Assembly: GCA_013265495.1 (NCBI GenBank)
Contig: PNXW01002490.1
Location: 1-58,331 of the forward strand
Source of the DNA: Vicugna vicugna
Lineage: Eukaryota
Reading direction: 5' to 3'
DNA length: 58,331 bases
Positions 50,171 to 58,331 of the stretch are shown here, piece by piece. Both the position numbers and the translations under genes were made by a program. Below the pieces are notes generated by a model. The model saw only the letters and a list, made by a program, of their open reading frames with translations, ran no database searches and was not told the origin of the DNA. The stretch's first letter is position 1; each line of letters starts with the position of its first letter.

Positions 50171-51584
50171 ACTCTTAAAGCAGGAAAGGGCAGCCTGTCT
50201 CGGCCATTGGCACAGCTGCATGCAGGACACTGGGACACACGGGGCCATATTTACAGACTCTTCTGGCAGGAAAATATGACTCCACAATTCTACATCTGGC
50301 CACACTGCCAATCAAGTCTGTTGCAAAAACAAAATACCTTTAAACATACAACTTGAGAGAATTTGGTTTCTATGAACCCTTCATGAATTAACCATCAGAC
50401 AATAAGCTTTAGCCAAACAATAAGAATGCACAAAGTACAGCCAAAGACTTACAGTGAGCAAGTAGTCCATTTAAGATGTAGGGATAAATACTTTTCTGGG
50501 AGAATCTATAGCTATAGAACAGAATGTAAATATTATAAATTAAAACAACAGGAATAGTATCAAGTTGACAGGCACAGATGGAAAGGAGGAAAATATAAAG
50601 ACACTGATGCCCTTGTGTCATGGAATCAAAAGATATTGTTTTCTTGGTAGAGCAGCAGAGACACCAGTAAACATAAATTCACAAACGTTATTATCAGAGT
50701 AAGTTCACTAACATAAACAATCAAAAGCAGGTGATAGAAGAAAGGAGGAGGAGGTAAGAAATGTGGACATGTACCAACTTGGTCACTAAGCACAGTAGGA
50801 AGTAATCATCTCTAAACAAATACAGGTAAATATCTTATGCAAAAGTACAGTTATGTTAAAATATGTTTTACCAATTATCAGACTAATATGCACCCAACAG
50901 AAACCAAAGAGAAAGTCAAGCCTGAGTTTTAAAATATCCATACATAAATAAAACACACTAAAACTAGAAAGCGCAGCACCAGAAAAGCAGCTGGGACCAC
51001 ACATGCCTGCCACACAGACCAGGCCATGCCAGCATGGGCAACAGGAGAGCTCCAACTCCAATCAGCCCAGCTACATCCCACCTTCGATTTTACCAAGTTT
51101 GGAAAGTGATTTCCTCTCTCCATGCATAATTAGCTCTGACTTCACAGAAGTCTAAACAAAGTGCTCATCGCATGGGGCATGTACTCAGTGAAAGTGCATT
51201 ATTATCACTAAAATCATCAGCATGTACCAGTGAGAAACTCACCTACTGAAGAGAAAGTCTCTGAACTAAGACTATGAGACAAAATCAAATTCCATTGTCA
51301 AGTCAAGGGACATCTAAACCAAGGTGCCTCAGAGAGGTGCATGGTTGTCACAGCTTCCAAGATCAGAAACAACATAACTGCACATAACTAGGAACTGATT
51401 ACACAGATTAGGTCACATCCATAAAATGTAACACTTTGGAGCAATTAAAAAGGATGGGCAGTGTGTCTGCAGATATGAAACAATATCTACTATAAATTTG
51501 CTACATGAAAATAGGCCTCTCCATACATACACATGCTTAAATATACTTCTGTATCTACAATAATTTTTTAAAAAACAAGGTATA

Positions 51585-51775
51585 TGAGGGAGAGAAGTGA
51601 GGAGCTGTTTATGGGCACAAAGTTTTGATCTTGCAAGATGGAGAAGTTCTAGAGATCTGTTACACCATAATGTCAATGTAGGTAACATTACCAAATGATA
51701 CATTTAAAACTGTGTTAAGTGGGTAAATTTCATATATTTCAAATTATAATTTCTAAAATTTTTAAAGTAAAAATC
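51585..51775 (+). mobile_element. L1MB-type 3'UTR fragment within older L1 debris
   Basis: gcaagatggagaagttctagagatctgttacacc...ggtaaatttcata. Confidence 0.75.
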
Positions 51776-52404
51776 AAAATGTACCATAGTATGTCTATTT
51801 TGTTACCATTTTATGAAACAAGTTTATGTATAATCCATGGGCCTGCACATAAGTATTGCTGGTTAAGCACCAGTAAAGTTGGTTTCCTCCAGCAAGGGGA
51901 TCTGGAAGGCAACACATAAGTGGGAAGGAGACACTCTTGCACTGGGAATCCTTCCTCACCTTTTGAATTCTGTGCTGTGTGTATGCTAACTCTTCAAGCA
52001 AATAATCTAATCTGGTTATCAACTAGCTGGGGGCTTTAGTTTATACTCCTGTCTGATACAAAGCTCAAACATCATGCCCCAAGTAAGTTTTAATTGCTCT
52101 AATTAGAATCAATACACTCCCTGAATGGGAGAGAGAAAGCAATCTTAAGACATAGACAAGAAATAATAAAGTCATCAAAAGCAGATTGTAAGTGCTCTAA
52201 AAGTCATTCAACAACACATTACTTATTTTATTGTGCCTACCTCAAGGGGCTGAGATCAAATTAGTTAATACCTTAATGTTCCCAGTACACATTTAGCACT
52301 GTGTTAGTGATTACTATTTCAGATTTTTTTTTCAGTTTTCTTTCGTTTAAAGCACATCAAGAATAGCTGTGGATTCCAATATTTAGGTTACAATATATCT
52401 CCTT

Positions 52405-52550
52405 TTGGCACCTCCTATCAACCTGAAAAACAGGACTAATAACTACCTACCTCACAATTGTCTGTGGGATTAAATAAGTGAGTGAATTCATGCAAATACT
52501 TGGTGGGGAGAGGGCTGGGCCCTTAGCAAGGGCTGAATATATGAACAATC
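52405..52550 (+). mobile_element. MIR fragment
   Basis: taataactacctacctcacaattgtctgtgggattaaataag. Confidence 0.6.
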
Positions 52551-53054
52551 AACTGTAATATCAACAATATATCTCAGACCAGAAGAAATTGAATGTATTA
52601 ACTCCAGAGACATAGAGTCTTCTCTTACCTTGAAGAGGAATCCAAGCACCTTAATAAGTTAATTTTATAAACATAACATTTAAACTGATTAGAGGGGGAA
52701 ATAGGATGAAGAGAGGAAGGCTAGAAAGGTATGCAAAATGGGAGCATAGTCATGCAATGTTTCCTTCCTGCCTGGCTTAAAAAAAAAAAGTGAGCCTATA
52801 GAAGACATTCCAACAAGAAGTAGATTAACCCTGGCTCTGGATTCTTCCTGGGTTTAAATTCAGTGTCAAGTGATGTTCCAAATAAATCTCAGATCAATGA
52901 AAATTATATATAAACATCAAAGGAAAGTAGGTCTACTTACATAAAAATTTACAATTATAGATGTTCAAAAACATAACCTACAAAAAATCAAGTGAGAAAA
53001 AAAGTATCTGCTTATGACAAAAACTTCTTATCTGTTATATGAAAGAGTTCACAC

Positions 53055-53472
53055 CATAAACAGATTTGGCCATACATATAACAGAATATTATTCAGCCCT
53101 AAAAAAGAAAGGAAATTCTGACACTTGCTACAATGTGGCTGAACCCTGAAGACTTTATACCAAATGAAATAAACCAGTCATGAAAGGACTAATACTGGAT
53201 GATTCCACTTATATGAGGACCCAGAATTGTTACAGTCATAGAGACAGAGGGGGGATGGTGGGGGCTAGGGCTGGGGGAGGAGGAAAGAGAGTTGTTCTTT
53301 AATGGGGACAGAGTTTCAATTTGGAAGATGAAGAAGTTCCTGAGATGGATGGTGTTGATGTTTGCACAACAATGTCAATGTACTCAACTCACTAAACTGT
53401 ACATTCAGAAATGGTTAAAATGGTAAATTTTATGGTATGTGCATTTTAGCACAAAAGAAAAATTTAAGTAAA
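53055..53472 (+). mobile_element. L1MB-type 3' end nested in older L1 debris (about 52850-54160)
   Basis: aatattattcagccctaaaaaagaaaggaaattctgacac...atggttaaaatggtaaattttatg. Confidence 0.88.
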
Positions 53473-54436
53473 AAAATGTTCAAAGAAATCATAGCAACAA
53501 TAAAAGCAATAAAACACTGATATGTACAAAACCCAGGACATGAATAGGCAATTCACAAAGGAGAAAATACAATTAATAAATACATGAAAAAATGTTTAAG
53601 ATCAAAGTTATTCAAACTGCAAATTAAAAAGTCAAGTAATCAAAAATGATATTAATCAATCCTAAGAGTTCAAATAATGTGGCTTCTTGTACATTGAAGA
53701 TTTCAGTGTGAAATTGTATACCAGAGATTCAAAATTATTAACACATCTGAACCACCAAATTATATATATATATATAATTTTTTATATTCTTAATATAAAA
53801 ATGCTCTAAATATAGAAAAAAATGTGCAAAGATTACTTTATGTTATGTCTTACAAAACCAAGAAACTGGAAACAAAAGTAAACATCTAAAAATAGTGGGG
53901 CTGCTAAACAGATAGGAAACAACCACTGGATACATGATTGTATGACCATTAAAATGAGTATTATGAAAACCGCACAAGAAAATGGGGGAGAGGGATGGAG
54001 GACACAATATTGAATGCAAAATCATATAAAAACATGAGTGAAAAGAATAAGTATATCTATACTAAATGTTAATATTTAACATAATGGGATAGGAGTGTGA
54101 ATAGTCCCACAAGCATCTTCCAAATTTTCTAAATCGCACTTATAGTTCTATAATAAGAAAAAAAATTCTTTACAAGAGTTGTGAAACCATGAGTTACAGC
54201 CTGTGTGCGCAGGCCACAGAAACTCCCAATACAACTTCCTGGTTTATTTCTCCACAGACAGAGAAGCTAACAGAATAAAGACTTCAGCCCAGGGCAGAAG
54301 CTGCAGCACATGCTGGTGTGGCTTTTCCCTAGCCTGTTGGCTCTGTAACTTGGAAAACACTTTCCATATCCAACCACAGTTGTGAAGACAGCTGAATTAT
54401 TGTTCTGCCACTGTCTTCATACCTGTAGTCACATCA

Positions 54437-54925
54437 TTATGGCAGGCACTGCAGTTTCCCTACACAGTATCTATTCTGCCTTCTGCCTTAATGACAGAGC
54501 ACTGATCAATCACAGGCCCAGAAAACAGCATTTCCCAGACTTCCTAGTGGACAGGGATGGCTAAGTAAGTTCTGGCCAATAAGAAGCAAAAGTTGTTGGA
54601 TGTGTCTTCTGGGAAAGCTCCTTACAAGGTTGAAGGTAGACTAATGTAGTAGGCCCACTTCTGCTCTTAACCCCTTCTTTCCTGGAATATGGAGGTGATG
54701 ACTGGAGCTGCAGCAGCTAAATTGTGATCTAAGGCAATCTTAGAATGGAAGCCGTATGCTAAATATACTAGAGCACACAGATCCCTAGTGACACCAGGAA
54801 GCTGACATACCAGCACTGCCCTCCCTACTACAAATGTCTTTAAGAAAAATAAAACCTTTAACTTGCTTAAATCATTGATTTTTACACTTCAGTACTTGCT
54901 GCCAAAGAATTCACCATCTGTGAAT
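54437..54925 (+). mobile_element. MaLR (MLT1-type) LTR
   Basis: catttcccagacttcct...taagttctggccaat...ttctgggaaagctcctt...tgatgactggagctgcagcagc...aataaaacc...acttgctgccaaa. Confidence 0.8.
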
Positions 54926-54948
54926 AATTTACATTAAAATCTATACAC
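54881..54948 (+). repeat. 68-bp dispersed direct repeat, copy 2 (likely donor)
   Basis: 66/68 identical to 49141-49208; overlaps the MLT1 LTR 3' end. Confidence 0.95.
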
Positions 54949-55638
54949 TTCCATTAAGAGAATGTTTACAATAAAATTAGGTTCTCCTGTTTCCTGAATC
55001 AAATTCAGCATTATTAAAGACACATTCTTCTGGGTTCTCAGAACCATAATCATAAATCTATGTTTTACTCAATCCTCATTTTCTCCTATGTTTACCACCA
55101 GTAATTGCTCCTTTAGAGGACTAATTTAAATAAAACCTTCCAAAAACCATTATTTATATAATAAAAAAATCTATATTGGAGATATCAAGTTTTTCTTATT
55201 TTTTAAATACTGAAGCACATGATTAAAACTTCACATGAATACAAGTTACATAAGCATTTTTATTCATAATAATGGTAAAATATCATCAAGTATTAATTCA
55301 AAAATGAATAATTAGTCAGTACTATAAAAATCAATCCATATTTCTGGATAAAGAAAGCTAGCTGAACACATGCAACTAATATTGCTCAAGTCCCAAACCT
55401 CTCCATAACTGCAGTAAAGAAACATTTTTAAAAACATAAATCCTCAAGGAAGGGCAAGTAGGAGCGGAGATGACAATATACTGAAAATGGGACGAACACG
55501 GGCCAGCAGTAACAGACTCAGCAGGGCCAAGGAAGTCCAGCTCCTCACCGGCCAATGCTAGTGTACTGGACAGAGCAGGTCTGAGCCACCCTCATGAACC
55601 AGGAAGGGAGTTACTGTGGTAAGCCAGGACAAACCACA

Positions 55639-55925
55639 TGTCATGGTAAATTTTATGTGTCAGCCTGACTGGGCTAAGGGATACCCCGAGAGCTGGTAAA
55701 CCATTCTTTCTGGGGTGTGTCTGAGAGGGTGTCTCTGGAAGAGCTTAGCATGCAGTAGACTGAGTAAGGAGACCTGCCCTTGCCAATGTGGGTGGACAGC
55801 ACACAGGCTACTGAGGACTTGATTGGAACAAAAGGATAAAGGAAGGGTGATCTTCCATCCCTGAGCTGGGACATCCATCTTTCCTGCTTTCGGGTGGATG
55901 GCAGAGCTCCTGGTTCCCAGCATCC
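55639..55925 (+). mobile_element. MLT2-type ERVL LTR (5' part)
   Basis: tgtcatggtaaattttatgtgtcagcctgactgggctaaggg...gagctgggacatccatct. Confidence 0.88.
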
Positions 55926-57569
55926 TTGGGCAGCACTGCTGCTTGCTCTTCCTCCCCTGATCCATATTCAAAAAGTTTGCAAATCTCCTCTAAAGTTACA
56001 ATTCAATTTCCCCTCCAGAACACTGCAGTTCTTTAAAATATATGATTCTGTTTTGAACACTGGGCAATTCAGTATTAGAGAAAAGAGCGTGGTTCCCATT
56101 CGCTATCTGCTTAGTCCACGTGACCAACATGAGATGAGTCTCTGAAACTTCTTGAAAAACATGAGCCGTACTGAGCTCATTCCCACCATGGATGTGCAGA
56201 CATCTGTCATGGCAGTCAGAAGGGACAATTTCATAGGCTACTGAGGGAACTTTAATTTAAGACTTTTAGATTCTTTTACACCAAGAAGCCATTAGCTGAT
56301 GTAGTGGCTCAGTAAATGTCTTCAATGAATTTCTGGATATGGCCACAAATCCCTGTACCTGCTTCACTCCCCTTTAATCATCCCATTAACTGATGACAAA
56401 GGACATAAGCCTGAGAAACACCCACCCTTCTAATAACTTCCTCTGTCACATCATGCAGCAAACCCTCCTGCTAACTTCAAAGTACAATACATGTAACACA
56501 ATATTTTGTTATGTTTAATGTAATAAACTTGATTATTTTTGAACATTCACTTCAGATACTCATTTTTGGCAAAGGACTTAAGCTTTTCCATATTCATACC
56601 AAACACCTCCAATTCCTTCCCAGCAATTGGTTTTATTTTACTGCACTGTATATGCCAGCTAGAGCAGAAAAATTCCTGGTAGGAAAAATTTCCTGTGGGC
56701 TGTGTCCTGGTGGTTGCATTGCTCCATGGGCCTAAGACTCAGACTCCCTCTGAGCAGAGCGGTATGGGGCAGCAGAGAGAGGCAGCTGGGCCCCAGGCCC
56801 ATGCCTGGAGTCCTACCCACAGGTAGTTATGTGATGTACGAGAGAAGGGAACATGCCAAGCATGGCAGGTGGGAGTCTGTAATTTGTTTTGGCTGTAAAG
56901 ACAAAGCCACTCAGACATACTGTCAGTTTCCTGGCTCCATGTATTTTACATAAACCATCGTACATACACAGGAGAGAAAATACACAGTGGCCTGTAAAAC
57001 ACAGTACTTGGATGTGGCAATTCCTAGTTGTGAAGATGCAGCCAAGAAAAAGCTTACAGCACTTTCAAGGATTTGATTTAATAGACACAAAATATATAGA
57101 TTCCACTAACTACCATAACTGCCTTGTACTTAATATATTTTAAGCCAGATAATTCTAAAGCATATTCCATCTTTAACACTAGAAAGAATTATATAATTTG
57201 GATCAGGGACCATTTGAAAATGCACTAGCATGGAAAAAATCCAAAGCTAAATTATGTAGGTTTTAATGTGCAGCTTAGATTACATGCAAATCCTTAAAGT
57301 AAGTGTTTTATACGTGTAATTAATTTTAACTTGAAAAGAACATAGAACAATGAAAACAGACTCCACAACCAAGAGACACTTCTCTTCATTTCTCTGTATT
57401 GTATCATTTCATCTGAACAAGGTCAATTACATCCACAATATCAGGGCCCATAACTCAGCTCAGTTTTACAGTGAGATTTAACCTTGGCAAAATAGCACCT
57501 TGACTCAGCTCCCTCTGCTGTAAGAAGCAAAGGTCAGAACCATCCAGTTATTTCAGGAGGACACCTAAC

Positions 57570-58070
57570 TACACAGGTGGTTTCCTACCCAAACCCATTC
57601 CTCCCTCCTCATTCCTTGTTGCTGGAGGCCGGTTTAGGTACTTACCTCTTGGGGCCAGGTAATGAGACTTGGTCCACTCATCAGCAACAGGAGAGAATCT
57701 TGACTTATCAAAATGTACTGAAGTAATTTCATTCCCCTCTAGGGCCAACACTGGGCACGGAGAGACAGGGCAAATCTGCCAGGAAGGTTTCTGAGGAAGG
57801 GAGCCTTAATTCTAAAACTCTGAATGTAAATACACCGAGAGCCAGTACAGGAACTCGGGCAGCCACTCTGGGGCCTGAGGGGAACCAGCACAACAGTCCA
57901 AACAGGTGAATTAGGCTGGGTTCTCACCTCCACCTCTGAGCTGCTCAAGTAACCAGCCCTGAGTGGCCTGACTCTGTCATCCTGTTTTGTGGGATAATAA
58001 GCCCTCTTTGGTTTTGGACATTTTGGTTGAGCCTTCTGTTATTTGCCCAAAAAGCACTCCAACTCATACA
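57570..58070 (+). mobile_element. Old MaLR (MLT1-type) LTR
   Basis: 3' end tgggataataa...tctgttatttgcccaaaaagcactccaactcataca. Confidence 0.65.
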
Positions 58071-58331
58071 GAGATCTTTAGTGGGAACTAAAAGCTCCCC
58101 AGAGAAGAATATCCTGGGTTTATAATCTAAGAAACCCAGAATCCAAAGGGCTCTTCTCTCAGTCCCAGTTACTCACCATCAAAAAGTGATGGTCCTCAGA
58201 TTCAGCTCAGGGAAAATCAAAAATAACTTGTTCCATGAACTTCTCTATTAGATCCCAGTCTCCAATTATTCCATGTCTTATTGGCTACTAAAGCAAGAGA
58301 AATCAAACTATGTCAAGCTTCAGTCCATGTC

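Noticed and set aside
1..58331. CRISPR arrays, operons, rRNA, snRNA or prokaryotic defence systems
   Set aside because: The sequence is mammalian and repeat-rich; no regular repeat-spacer array or recognisable structural RNA gene was seen

Overview
AT-rich mammalian genomic DNA, intergenic or deep intronic. It is most likely from a camelid, inferred from a tRNA-derived SINE of the camelid Vic-1 type, cetartiodactyl-style L1 3' ends, and no recognisable Alu, BovB/Bov-A or PRE1 elements. I find no protein-coding gene I can support. The only ORFs I recognise are LINE-1 ORF2 remnants. Much of the window is transposon-derived: L1s of several ages, L2, MIR, MaLR/ERVL/ERV1 LTRs, and Tigger1 and hAT elements. 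Repeat family names come from recalled consensus sequences and need RepeatMasker/Dfam confirmation. The most notable observations are: a 68-bp near-identical copy of an LTR-end/flank segment 5.74 kb from its apparent donor (candidate templated insertion); a nested 5'-inverted (twin-primed) L1 whose ORF2 C-terminus differs from a sibling copy by four frame-preserving gaps; a young L1 with a perfect 16-bp TSD; an intact ERV1-type solo LTR; a CpG-dense patch; an RFX X-box; and candidate non-coding exons. I see no evidence for a new multi-gene biological system.
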